From positions 11,968,001 to 12,032,000 of the forward strand of contig CM075992.1 in the NCBI GenBank assembly GCA_038087875.1: 64,000 bases of DNA, in the 5' to 3' direction. Numbering within the stretch: position 1 is the first letter of the stretch; every line of letters begins with the position of its first letter. This document shows, one piece after another, positions 1-11,949 of the stretch. A model generated the notes under the pieces. It searched no databases and was not told where the DNA came from. It saw only the letters and a list, made by a program, of their open reading frames with translations. A program made the translations under genes and the position numbers. The stretch comes from Malacoraja senta. Its lineage: Eukaryota.

Positions 1-520
1 AGTAAAAAAACATGGTTCTCGCAGGGCTTTCTGGCCTATCCAGGTGAGCATAGGAATGATGGACCAGGTGGATGATGGCGTCCTCCACCCCCACCTTTGT
101 TTGTTAAGTGAACTGCAGGGGGTTAAGGTAGGGTTTAACCAGGGGTTGCAGGTGACTGAGGACCAGCCTCTCCAGGGACTTCATGATGTGTGAGGTCAGC
201 GCCACTGGTCTGTAGTCATTGGAGGAGCTGGGACACGTCCTCTATTATACAGGGTCCGGGCAGTACGTCTTCCACATCACAGGAACCCTCTCCAGGCTCA
301 GGCTCAGGTTGGCGATATGCTGGAGATGTGAGGAGACTATCTCCAGTTTTGTTGATGAAACCCATGTTGGTGGCTGTGGTGCAATAAATGGTCAGTTGAG
401 TGAGGTGGCTGCTGGCATTGGCCAGGCTGAGCCCAGTGGCCAGGACCCAGGGATGATTGTGAGGAATCAGGGGCAGTGGGGTAAAGAGTAAAATGTTGCT
501 GCAACGGGATTCCCTCCATA
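1..520 (-). mobile_element. Degraded Rex1/Babar-clade LINE reverse transcriptase fragment, cut by the window edge
   Basis: Minus strand reads NDYRPVALTSHIMKSLERLVLSHLQPLVKPYLNPLQF..VGVEDAIIHL..HLDRPESPARTMFF with stops; same motif order as the RT at 9379-9900. Confidence 0.75.
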
Positions 521-929
521 ACTGACAGAGACTGATGTCAGTCTGATTTTGGATGCAGAGTCTGACTTAATCTCCATGACATTCAAATATCACAGTGCAA
601 GTTACTCCATCTCCACCACGGCCCTTCAGAGTTCCAGAGGCTGGCCAAGCTCGATCAGCTGACTGTCCCAGCGACTCAATGCCAAATCCAAATGTACAAA
701 AACATTTAATTTAGTCCCAAGACTCCAGTTTGAAAATCACCATTGCAGGAAGCTGCTTGCTGCCAATCACTGGCCGGTCCAAATATTATCCCTGAGGGCA
801 ACCTTGCGTATACAGTGACCTAAACCGATGGAGTTTGATGCTTGACCCAGTTGAGACCATTTCTCCAGCAAACTGAGAGTCAGCAATACATTTGTGGAAA
901 AGGCAGCTTTCAAGCATTCCCAGCATTCA

Positions 930-1300
930 CCTCTTCCTCTCCCTCACCCCTCCTCACAATAGTGACCCCCCTCACTTCCCCTCTCTCCCACTGAACACCC
1001 ACCCCCTCTCCATACCCTCCTCTCAACACTAACTTCCTCACCTTCCTCCTCCAACACCAATCCCCTCCTCTCCCCATACCCCTCTCAACACCAGCCTTCT
1101 CTGTCCTCTCCTGCTCCTCCCCCTCTCTCAACAAACCCATTCTCTCCTCCCCCTTACCTACCTCCTCTCAACACCAACCTTCTCTCCTTTCCCACTCTCC
1201 CTCCTCTCAACCCCATCCTTTCCCTCCCTCCCTTCCCGGGGCCCCAGAGATCACAGCTCCAGTTCCCCTATTTACACCCTTCCCCCTCCTCTGTTTCTGC
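930..1300. repeat. C/T-rich low-complexity tract with recurring CTCCTCTCAACACC-like units
   Basis: Strong pyrimidine skew on + strand; 'ctctcaac' recurs about five times. Confidence 0.8.
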
Positions 1301-1672
1301 TTCAGCTTGTGTGAAATTGCTTTTCTTCAGCTACTTTCCACAGCTTGTTTGTTCTCACTTCTGTTAACCCTTTCCCACCCACCTTGACCTTTCTTGCTTT
1401 CTCCCCACTACTACACACAGTCTGAAGAAGTGACCCAGCCCGAAATGTTGTCTGTCCATTCTCATCAAAGGTGTTTCCTGACCCACTGAGTTCTTCCAGC
1501 ATTTTGTGTTTTGTACAAACTAATTGTTTAAACTTAAGAGTGTTTAATTGTCAAATGGAACGGATGTGAACCGGAACAATGAAATTCTTACTTGCTGCAG
1601 CTTTACAGATACATTAGCTGTGGCATCAACAATGTACAATGACTTATCAGTTATTCTCAATATTTATAACCA

Positions 1673-1987
1673 CGGTGACACAGTGGCGCAGCGGTAGAGT
1701 TGCTGCCATACAGCGCCGGTGACCCGGGTTCGATCCTGACTATGGGTGCTGTCTGTACAGACTTTGTACGTTCTCCCCGTGACCTCGTGGGTTTTCTCTG
1801 AGATCTTTGGTTTCCTCCCACATTCCAAACACGTACAGGTTTGTAGGTTATTTGGCTTGGTATAAGTGTAAATTGTCCCTAGTGTGTGTAGGATAGTTTT
1901 AATGTGTGGGGATCGCTGGTCAGTGCGGACCCGGTGGGCCGAAGGGCCTGTTTCCACGCTGTATCTCTAAACTAAATTAAACTAAAC
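1673..1987 (+). mobile_element. tRNA-derived V-SINE (HE1-like) with CR1-type 3' tail
   Basis: A-box TGGCGCAGCGG, B-box GGTTCGATCC, V-domain (tttgtacgttctccccgtg...ggtttcctcccacattccaaa), CR1-like tail gggccgaagggcctgtttcc, (CTAAA)n end. Confidence 0.85.
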
Positions 1988-2039
1988 CATCGTGAAGAAT
2001 TGAGCATAGAATGGGAGGTAGTAGAAATCCCCTGGCAAG

Positions 2040-2635
2040 TGCAGCAAAATCTTAGAACATAGAGGTTATCAGAAATTACAACAGGATCATGTTCAGTTGA
2101 ACAAGTGAGCTGAGGTTAATGGAGTTTAATGCAGATAAGTCTGAGGTCTTGCATTTTGAGAAGTTAAACCAGGGCAGGGCCTTCACAGTGAATGGCAGAG
2201 CCCTGGGAGTGTTGCAGAGCAGAATGATATGGAGTGCAGGGACCTAGATCATTATCAGTGGCATCACACATAATGGGTGACCACACGGTGGTTAAGAAGG
2301 CTTTCAGTATATTGACGTTCATCGGTCAGGATATTGAATATAGAAGTTGGGATGTTGTGGTACAGTTGTACATGATGTTGGTGAGGTTGCATTTGGAGTA
2401 TTGTGTTCCGTTTTGTTCACTTTGCTATATGATGGATGTTTTTCAGATGAAAAGAGTGCCGAGAAAATGGACAACAATGTTGCCAGGACTTGAGAGCCTG
2501 AGATATAGGGAGAGGGTGGGAAGGCTAGGATTTCTTACTTGGAGCACAGGAGGCTGAAGGGTGCTGTTACACAGGTGCATGAGATCTTGTGGGGAATAGA
2601 TTGGGTGAAGGCGCAGGTTTTTTACCCAGAGTATC
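2040..2635 (+). mobile_element. Degraded CR1 LINE ORF2 3' fragment
   Basis: ORF 2234-2557: VKKAFSILTFI..IEYRSWDVVVQLY..LVRLHLEYCV, matching the other CR1 copies in the window. Confidence 0.8.
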
Positions 2636-3449
2636 TCTCCTTGCAGCTAAGACCCTCTAATGCAGGCAGAATTCTGGTAGAAAGTGTTTGAGTCTCTCTG
2701 GTGGTGAGCCGGTTCTCTGACGCTGTAAAGCAGCAACTCTAACTGTGCGCCACTGTGTCATGTCTGAGGTACATCAGAACCAGCAACTGCCTTCACTGCC
2801 AGGCCCCGACCATGGGTAAACAGCTGGGAAGAGCGGCGGGGAGGCTGGCTGGACTATGGTACCTTCCTTAACTTTGGTGCCGCTGTGGGGTTGTGATGTG
2901 TCATGGGCTTCTGTGTTTGTTCTTTTTTTTTTAATTAATTAATTAATTTATTATTTATTTTTATGTTACATGACTGCAAGGAAAATCCCTTTCGTTGTCT
3001 CTTATGAGATAATGACAATAAATTGAATACAAAATTGCCACCATATTCTGTCCTGGCCAGTACATCACCTCATTTGGAACAGGATTTATTTTACTTATGT
3101 TGAACTTACAAGTTCTGCCAACTGGTTGTCTGAAACTCTGTGTAACCTTGGTTTGTAGCTGACATTTTGAATGGGTAAATGGCAATGTGCCAAACATGAC
3201 TTTTTACAATTCATAGAAGGAAGGATTTGCATGGATATTAACATACGATTGGCAAGAGGAGCAAAGTTTAAAGAAGACATGCGAGGCAAGTTTTTGGTGT
3301 AAAACAAAAGTGAGAGTAGTGGGTATCTGGAGCATGCTACCAGGGGTGGTAGTGGAGGCAGGTACAAGACTCGCATGTTAGAGGCTTTTAGATAGGCACA
3401 TGTATATGGAGGGATAGGGATCACATGCAGATAGATGAGGTTAGTTTCC

Positions 3450-4345
3450 AATCCCCAACTCCTTCTCTGCTACATTACTGACCGCATCAGAGCAGCCATG
3501 CAAAACTTGTTGATTTCATTAACTTGACCACTACCTTCCACCCTGGCCTCAAATGCACTTTATCCATCTCCGACACCGCTCTCCACTTTCTTAATCTGTG
3601 TCTACTTCACAAGGGGTTGACTATTAACTGGCCTCTAACACAAACCCACTGACACCCACGGTTATATGGACTACACTTCCTTCCACCCTGCCGTCCCCTA
3701 CTCTCAGTATCTCCATGTCCACAGCATCTGCTCCACAGATGAGCCTTACCATTCTAACACATCCAAGATGTCTTCATTCTTTTGTAAACGTGGTTTCCTA
3801 CCTGCTGTCATAGATGAATCCCTCACGTGCGTCTCCTCGGTGTCCTGTAGTTCTGCTCTTGCTGTCCCCCTCAGAGGTGGAATGAGGATAGAGCTGCCTT
3901 GGTCCTTGCCTTTCACCCCACCAGTCTCCCAACATACAATTCTCCTACATTGCCATCAATTTCAGCATGATCCCACCACCAGTCACAGCTTCCCATCCCC
4001 ACCCCGTTTCATGTTCCAGAAAGACCACTCCCTCTACAACTTCATGGTTCACTCATCCCCTCCTGTCCAAACCACCAGGTCCTTTCCCCTGCAACTGCAG
4101 GAGATGCAACACCTGTCCCTATGACTCTTCCCTCACCTCCAACCAAGGACCCCAGCTGACCTTCCAGGTGAGATAGGTTTACTTGTACTTCCTCTGTTCC
4201 CGATGTGACCACCCACATATTGGCGATACCACCCATAGACTCAGTGATTGTTTCATCAAACACGTGCTCGCTCTGCCAAGGCTGCTGGATCTCCCGGTTG
4301 CTAACCATTTTAACTCCTCTTCCCATTCCCATACCCTCGACCTCA
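3450..4345 (+). mobile_element. Degraded Penelope-like element (RT C-terminus to GIY-YIG)
   Basis: Homologous to 5929-7276: CNCRRCNTC linker and CSRC..HIGDT (degenerate YIGET). Confidence 0.8.
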
Positions 4346-5169
4346 ATCTTCTGGATCAGGAGGAATACAGATCCTCTCCATTTGCCTCGGTGTATGCAAC
4401 CCCTAGAACTCTCACCAATCCGGAAGCCACAAACCTGTCAGACCCTGACCAAGTCCAACAATGTAGGGTTTATATTCCTCAACTTGACATTCGATGGTAT
4501 AATTATTTCTGTCTTCTCTGCACCTTTTCCAGGCAACTGGCAACTTTCTCAATAACAGGGTGACCAAAATGAAACATAGTATTACAATATATCCAGGGCC
4601 TCCTCCATTACAAGAGTGAGGCCACATGCATACTGGAGGAACAGCACTGCATATTTGTCACTGCTAAGTTACTCCATCACTTTGTGTCTTTTTTTTAGAT
4701 TAATGTTTCACGAGATAGAGCTGCCAGAGGAAGTTACAGAAACAATGACTCCTTCTAATGGATATTTGGACAGCTATTTGGCTATGGTGGGTTTAAGGTT
4801 AAAGTGGGGCATCTGGTAAAGTTGCAGATACATGTGGTTCTGCATAGAATCACATGTATCTGCAATGCTCCCAGTGAGGTGTCATTGCTAAGGTACTGGT
4901 TACATGGCAGCAAGTTTGAGCTCTTAATGCACGAGGAAGCTTCACCATCTGAGCCTCCAGCTGATGGAGTATACTGCCACCTGGTGGGTAGAATTTGGAT
5001 TATTATCACATGTACAGATACATGATAAAGGAAATAACGTTTTAGTGCATGATAAAGTGGGATTAATGATAATCAGAGGTTCAATGAGACAAATAGTATC
5101 TCAGGACCGCTCACCAGTTCTAACCATTTTAGTTTCTTGATAAGAGCTGGGAAGAAAAAGTTCCAGACA

Positions 5170-5522
5170 CAAAAAACGAACTAATTATATGCTTTAATTT
5201 CAGGTCATCCAAGTAAGATTGTTTCATATTTGTTTCAGAATGCTACAATCTATAATAACTGAAAATTTCATTCAGTTCTCTTAATTTTTAAGAAAGTTAT
5301 GGGCTTTTGACTGTCCTTGATCACAGCTTTTGTGTTAAGTCAATGGAAAAGCAATAGGGAACACGATGCTAATTTCCGAGTATGGAAATGGCCATAACTT
5401 TTTTAATACAGAAGATATGAAAGTGAATTATGTGTCAAATTAAACTTATTTTTATGCTTTATCTGATGGGATAAATTGCAGACTAGATTTTTAAAATCTC
5501 AAAATTTTGTAACATTGCTCTA
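5170..5522. mobile_element. Possible end of a non-autonomous DNA transposon (AT-rich)
   Basis: AT-rich block with internal inverted motif AAAGTTATGG/CCATAACTTT ending in ...ACATTGCTCTA; the second terminus was not found. Confidence 0.3.
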
Positions 5523-5589
5523 CATAGACTTGGGGACATTAGTTTTGTCTTTTTGCACTATTATTGTTTGTTCCTTTGTTTGTGTGTAT

Positions 5590-5620
5590 ATACTAATATA
5601 TATATACGTATATGTATATG

Positions 5621-5663
<43 letters not shown>
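5590..5663. repeat. (TA)n/(TATATG)n/(TG)n microsatellite
   Basis: Directly visible tandem repeat. Confidence 0.95.
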
Positions 5664-5665
<2 letters not shown>

Positions 5666-6001
5666 CGTCGATGTAGCGGAGGTAGAGTTCGGGGATAGGG
5701 CCACGGTACACCTCGAACAAGGATAAAAAAAAGAGATTCTTACTTGCAGCGGCACAACAGAATATGTAAACATCGCACTCTGTTGACAATATAATCAATG
5801 AATAGGAAATTTCAGTATATATACTGTATATCTATATATATATACAGTATATATACTGAAATTTGCAATTCATTGATTATATTGTTAACAGTGCATTGTT
5901 TACATATTCTGTTGTGCTGCTGCAAGAATCTCTTTTTTATATCCTTGTTCGAGGCGTACCGTGGCCCTATCCCCCAACTCTACCTCCGCTACATCGACGA
6001 C
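5664..6001. repeat. ~340-bp fold-back inverted repeat (arms about 165 bp) centred on a (TA)n tract
   Basis: 5664-5830 is approximately the reverse complement of 5835-6001 (gtcgtcgatgtagcggaggtagag.../...ctctacctccgctacatcgacgac). Confidence 0.92.
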
Positions 6002-7276
6002 TGCATTGGTGCTACCTCGTGTACCCATACAGAACTTACTGACTTGACCCATTTCACCACTAACTTCCATCCGACACTCAAATTCACCTGGACCATTTCC
6101 GACATCTCCCTACCATTTCTAGACCTCACTATCTCCATCGCAGGTAACAGACTACTGACTGACATCTACTATTAACCCACTGACTCCCATGGCTACCTGG
6201 GCTACACTTCTTCCCACACTGCTTCCTGAAAGGACTCTATCTTCTACTCCCAATTCCTCCGTCTATGCCGCATCTGCACCCAGGATGAGGTGTTCCAAAC
6301 CAGGGCATCGGAGATGTCATCATTCTTTAGGAAATGGAGGTTCCCCTCTTCGACTATAGATGAGGCTCTCACCCGGGTCTCTTCTATACCTCATAACATG
6401 CTCTCACTCCCCACCCCCCCCACTCGTAACAAGGGCAGAGTCCCCCTTGTCCTCACCTTCCACCCTACCAGGCGTCACATACAACAGATAATCCTCCAAC
6501 ATTTTCGCCACCTCCAACAAGATCCCATCACTGGCCACATCTTCCTATCTCCTCCCCTTTCGGCTTTCCACAGAGACCACTCCCTCTGTAACTCCCTGGT
6601 CAATTCGTCCTTTCCCACCCAAACCACCCCCTCCCCTGGTACTTTCTCTTGCATCCACAAGAAATGCTACAATTGTCGCTTTACCTCCCCACTTGGCTCC
6701 ATCCAAGGACCTAAGCAGTCTTTCCCGGTGCTGCAGAGGTTCACCTGCACCTCCTCCAACCTCATCTATTGTATCCGCTGCTCTAGGTGTCAGCTGCTCT
6801 ACATCGGTGAGACCAAGCGCAGGCTTGGCGATCGCTTCGCCCAACGCTCAGTTCGCAATAACAAACCTGATCTCCCAGTGGCTCAGCACTTCAACTCCCC
6901 CTCCCATTCCGAATCCGACCTTTCTGTCCTGGGTCTCCTCCATGGCCACAGTGAGTCCCACCGTAAATTGGAGGAGCAGCACCTCATATTTCGCTTGGGT
7001 AGTTTACACCCCAGCGGTATCAACATTGACTTCTCCAATTTCAGGTAGTCCTTGCTTTCTCCCTCTTTCCCCTCCCGTTCCCAGCTCTCCCACAGCCCAC
7101 TGTCTCTGCCTCTTCCATTCTTCTTCCTGCTCCCACCACCCCCCCACATGTCTGAAGAATGGTCTTGACCCGAAACGTCACCTATTCCTTCGCTCCACGG
7201 ATGCTGCCTCACCCGCTGAGTTTCTCCAGCATTTTTATTTACCTTCGATTTTTCCAGCATCTGCAGTTCCTTCTTA
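5929..7276 (+). mobile_element. 5'-truncated Penelope-like retroelement (RT YIDD, GIY-YIG endonuclease, 3' pLTR)
   Basis: LYLRYIDD at about 5980-6001; ORF 6290-7048 contains NLIYCIRCSRCQLLYIGETKRRLGDRF and ends LHPSGINIDF; in-frame stops at 6173 and about 6226. Confidence 0.9.
7152..7179 (+). ncRNA. Minimal type I hammerhead-ribozyme-like motif in a Penelope pLTR
   Basis: CUGAAGA, stem II (GGUC/GACC), GAAA, CG, UC; located about 100 nt after the PLE ORF stop. Confidence 0.6.
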
Positions 7277-7785
7277 ATCATTTTTGTGATTGGGACATGT
7301 GACAATAAAACACTCTTGACTCTTGAGTTTGAGCTGAATTTGTCCACACAGTCATGAATGTTTTGGGAGTATAGCAGGGACTGAGAAGGGATCCAGTGGG
7401 ACACCTGTGTTGAGAGTTATTGTGGAGGATGTGTTTTTACCTCTCCCTACTGATCGTGCTCTGGGTCAGAAAGTCGAGGATCAAGTGGCAGAGGAGTGTA
7501 TATAAAATGTAGGATTAATGGAGGTGGGCGGTTGATTGTTGCACGGACTCAAGGGCCCGTTTCTCTGCTGTATGACTAACTCTAACTGGTGTATGACTAA
7601 CTTTAACAGCTCTCAGCAGTTTTCTTCATCACATATTTGAGGAGCTGCTGAACTTTTCTGTTAATGTTGTCAATTGGCAAAGCATTAACCATAATCATTC
7701 TCCTTCTTTGCAGCTCTGTGGGAATGGAATAATGTATGGACATGGATTCTTCCAATATCTGACCCTGTTCTGGTTGTTTTTGCAG

Positions 7786-7872
7786 TGATTTACAAAAGCC
7801 ATCTGACGTTTCTAGTTCCAACCAAAGACTGTACAGAAGGATACGTGAAAGCAACCAATAGGACGTGTATTG
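7786..7872 (+). CDS. ADGRE-like exon: N-terminal segment plus half-EGF loop (IYKSHLTFLVPTKDCTEGYVKATNRTCI)
   Basis: Acceptor gtttttgcag|7786, donor 7872|gtgagt, 87 nt, phase 1-1; splices in frame to 17427 giving ..RTCI-D-EDEC. Confidence 0.75.
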
Positions 7873-8483
7873 GTGAGTCAGAATACAATTTCACTTGAGA
7901 ACGTTCATTCTATCGTTCTATTCTATCCTTTGTATCACTACCTGTCAGCCAGGGCTCGGCTAAAGAAATAAGCAACACATTTTCTTGGACTATTCACAAG
8001 TAAAGGATCCCTTGGAGTTGAAGGTGAATGGGCAGGCTGTTGTGTCCAAACATCCACACTTACAGACTGGACCAGGGCAGGTGGGCTTCTGGGTATCAGA
8101 GCAACAGAATGTGTAGCAGGAGCAGGCCATTTGGCCCATCGAACCTGTTCAGAATGGTCACGACTGATCACCCACACTCTGTGTCCAGTTGCAGCTTTAC
8201 CCACAGCCCTTGTTCCCTTTAACCCCAGAAATATCCAACCACTTACATATATTTAATGATTTGGCTTCAACACATTTCAGTGGTGGAGAATTTCACAGAA
8301 TCACCATTCTCTGGGAGAAGACATTTCCTGTCAGCCCCCTTCTTAACTGGCTGACCACTGACCTTTAGCCTGTGACCTCTGGCTCAAGAGTCCCTGACCA
8401 TCAGGAACACCTTCCTGCATCCAGTTCTATTGGTGTTCAGTAGAGTCTATGACATCCCTCTCATTCTCCTAAATTCTAATGAA

Positions 8484-11400
8484 GATTCAGATTCAGATTC
8501 AACTTTATTGTCATTGTGCAGTGTACAGTACAGAGACAACGAAATGCAGTTAGCATCTCCCTAGAAGAGCGACATAAATGTTAGCATTAAATACATCTAA
8601 TAAATCCTGGTGGGGGGCAGTCACCGAGGTACAGTGTTGAGTAGTGTAACAGCCGCAGGGAAGAAGCTGTTCCTGGACCTGCTGGTCCGACAACGGAGAG
8701 ACCTGTAGTGCCTCCCGGATGGTAGGAGGGTAAACAGTCTGTGGTTGGGGTGAGAGCAGTCCTTGGCGATGCTGAGCGCCCTTCGCAGACAACGCTTGCT
8801 TTGGACAGACTCAATGGAGGGGAGTGAGGAACCGGTGATGCGTTGGGCAATTTTCACCACCCTCTGCAGTGCTTTCCGGTCAGAGACAGAGCAGTTGCCA
8901 TACTATACTGTGATACAGTTGGTAAGGATGCTCTCGATGGTGCAGCGGTAGAGGTTCACCAAAATCTGAGGAGACAGATGGACCTTCTTTAGTCTCCTCT
9001 GGAAGAAGAGACGCTGGTGAGCCTTCTTGACCAGAGTTGAGGTATTGTGGGTCCAAGAGAGGTCATTGGAGATGTTGACCCCCAGGAACCTGAAGCTGGA
9101 AACACGTTCCACCTCCGTCCCGTTAATGTGGATTGGGGTGTGCGTGCCGCCCCTAGACTTCCTGAAGTCTACAATGAGCTCTTTGGTCTTCTTGGAGTTA
9201 AGGGCCAGGTTGTTGTCAGCGCACCATGCTGCTAGGAGCTGGACCTCCTCCCTATAGACCGACTCATCGTTGTTGCTGATGAGGCCAATCACCGTTGTAG
9301 CATCTGCATACTTGATGATGGTGTTAGTACCATGTACAGGTGTGCAGTCGTAGGTGAAGAAGGAGTAGAGGAGGGGGCTCAGCACACAGCCCTGTGGAAC
9401 GCCAGGGTGAGGGTTGAAGAGGTGTGCTTGTCTAACCTAACAGACTGGGGTCTGTTGGTTAGAAAGTCCAGTATCCAGTTGCAGAGGGAGGGGTCGATGC
9501 CCTGGTCACCGAGTTTGGTGATCAGTTTAGAGGGTATGATGGTGTTGAATGCTGAGCTGTAATCGATGAACAGCATTCTTACGTAAGTGTCTCTGTTGTC
9601 GAGGCGGGAGAGGGCAGAGTGAAGTGCCGTTGAGATGGCATCCTCCGTACTCCTGTTCTTGTGGTAGGCAAACTGATAGGGATCCAATGTGGGGGGTAGG
9701 CAGCCTTTGAGGTGTGCCAGGACCAGCCTCTCGAAGCACTTGGCGATGATGGGAGTAAGTGCAACTGGGCGGAAGTCGTTGAGGCTTGCCGCAGTGGAGT
9801 GTTTTGGCACCGGCACGATGGAGGTGGATTTAAGGCACGTGGGCACAACTGCTTGGGCAAGTGACAGGTTGAAGATGCCAGTCCAGACGTCTGTCAGCTG
9901 CACAGCACAGGCCCTGAGGATGCGCCCGGGGATGCCGTCAGGGCTAGCAGCCTTACGTGCATTAGTCCTACTCAGTGCCACGTACACGTCGAAGGGGGTG
10001 AGTGTGAGGGGCTGGTGATCGGCAGGGAGTACCGCCTTGATGGCCATCTCCAGATTGTCCCTATAGAAGCGGCCATAGAAGTGGTTAAGCTCCTCAAGGA
10101 AGGAGGCGTTGCTGGATGTGGGGGTGGTGTTGGTGGGTCTAAAGTCCGTGATGGCCTGGATGCCTTGCCACATGCGTCGGGGGTTGGAGTTGTTGTTGAA
10201 GTGCTCCTCAATCCTGAGCTTATGGCAGTGCTTGGCCTTCTTTATGCCCTTCTTCAGGTTAGCCCTGGATGAACTGTAGGCTCGGGCATCGCCTGACCTG
10301 AAAGCGGTGTCCCGTGCTTTCAGCAGTAGCCTGACCTCGCTGTTCATCCATGGCTTCTGATTCGGGAATATGGTCACCCGTTTGAGGGCGGTGACACTGT
10401 TGATGGTGGAGTTTATAAAGTCCAGAACAGAGGATGTATAGGAGTCAATGTCCGTGTGGGAGTCAAGGGTGGCCTGGGCTGCAAACGCCTTCCAGTCAGT
10501 GTTTCCAAAACACTGCTGAAGTGTGGAGTCCGCCTCCTCTGACCAGACTTTAACTGTCCTCACAGTGGGTTTAACCCGTCTGATGAGTGGGGAGTACTTT
10601 GGGAGCAGGAACAATGAGAGGTGATCAGACTGTCCAAGGTGGGGGAGGGGGGCGGTTTTGTAAGCTTCAGCCATGTTGGTGTAGACTTTGTCCAGTGTCT
10701 TGTCTTCTCTAGTGGCAAAGGAGACATGTTGGTGGAATTTGGGGAGTACAGTCTTCAGGTTGGAGTGATTGAAGTCACCCGCAACAATGAAGGCTGCCTC
10801 GGGGTTGTGAGTCTGTTGTTTGCTAATGGCAGTTACCAGATCTTTCATTGCAAGCTTGGCATTAGCATCAGGAGGAATATAGGCTGCAGTCACAACAGTG
10901 GAGGTAAATTCTCTGGGCAGATAGAACGGTCTGCATCTAACCAAGAGGAACTCTAGGTTAGCTGAGCAGTGACTCTCGATGATGGTGGTGTCCGTGCACC
11001 ATGCTTTGTTTACATAAATGCACAGACCCCCACCTCTGGTCTTACCGGAGTCTATTGTCCTGTCCGCTCGGAGTAATTGCCGCCCCGTTAGCTGGATGGC
11101 GCTGTCAGGAACGTCGGTGTTGAGCCAAGTTTCAGTGAGGATCAAGATGCTGCAGTCTTTGATCCAGTTGTGGGAGGTTATCCTTAGCCGGAGTTCGTCC
11201 ATTTTGTTTGCCAGTGAGCGCACGTTGGCGAGGAGAAGGCTAGGAATCACTAGCCTGTGTGGGGCGAGCTCTAACCTGGCCTTTAACCCACCTCTGCGTC
11301 CCCGGAGGTTCATTCGTTCACGTCGCCGTCTGTTGGTGCTTCCGGTCGGCCGAGCTGGCTTGGTGCGCGCTGGTGTTCTGCCACCCCGCGGCTCCGCTGC

Positions 11401-11635
11401 TCTGACTAGCTCAGGAGCGAGACGGAGATCGAGCAGAAAGTTGTTGAACCGAAGTCCAGAAGTTCCTGTCGGCTGTACAAAAGGGATGCAAGACTGCTCC
11501 GTGTGAGCAGCCTTGAGACAGGTAGGGGAATTGTCGCAATTTCTTCAATTTCTCGGATTCTTGGGAGACACGGGGCGTCGCGATGTGCCCGCGCCGCCGC
11601 CATTTTACTCATACCGCTGGCGGCAGAAGGTGGCC
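8484..11635 (-). mobile_element. Near full-length Rex1/Babar-clade LINE (APE endonuclease + RT), about 3 frameshifts
   Basis: ORF pieces 11406-11612, 9379-11313 (ANVRSL, LTETWL, AGDFN, SDH, FRPVAL, FIDYSSAFN), 8903-9385 (KYADAT) and 8621-8860; 3' AATAAA + (TGAATC)n tail; candidate TSD ctaatgaa (8476-8483)/ctaattaa (11636-11643). Confidence 0.92.
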
Positions 11636-11949
11636 CTAATTAATACAGTCTCTCCAATTATCAGAGCATGAAAACAGGCCCTTCGGCCCAACTTGTCCAT
11701 GCTGATCAAAGTTCTTCACATTTGGCCACGTTTGTCTCATATCCTACTCAACCTTTCCTATCCATCTACCTGTCGAAGTGTGTTTAAATGTTGATAGCAC
11801 CTGCCTCAACTACCTCCTCTGGCAGCTCATTCCATATCCCCACCATCCTTGAGTGAACAAGCCTCCCTCAGGTTTGTGTTACCATAAACACGTCTCCTTG
11901 TTTTTGATTCCCCTGCTGTGTGTAAAAGACTCTGCATTCACTGTATCTA

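Noticed and set aside
1673..1745. tRNA-like sequences with A and B boxes (also at 36737 and other SINE heads)
   Set aside because: They are SINE heads continuous with V/CORE domains and LINE tails, not tRNA genes.
5476..5798. ORFs with YV/YI/HI dipeptide runs
   Set aside because: Translation of a microsatellite and of the inverted duplicate.
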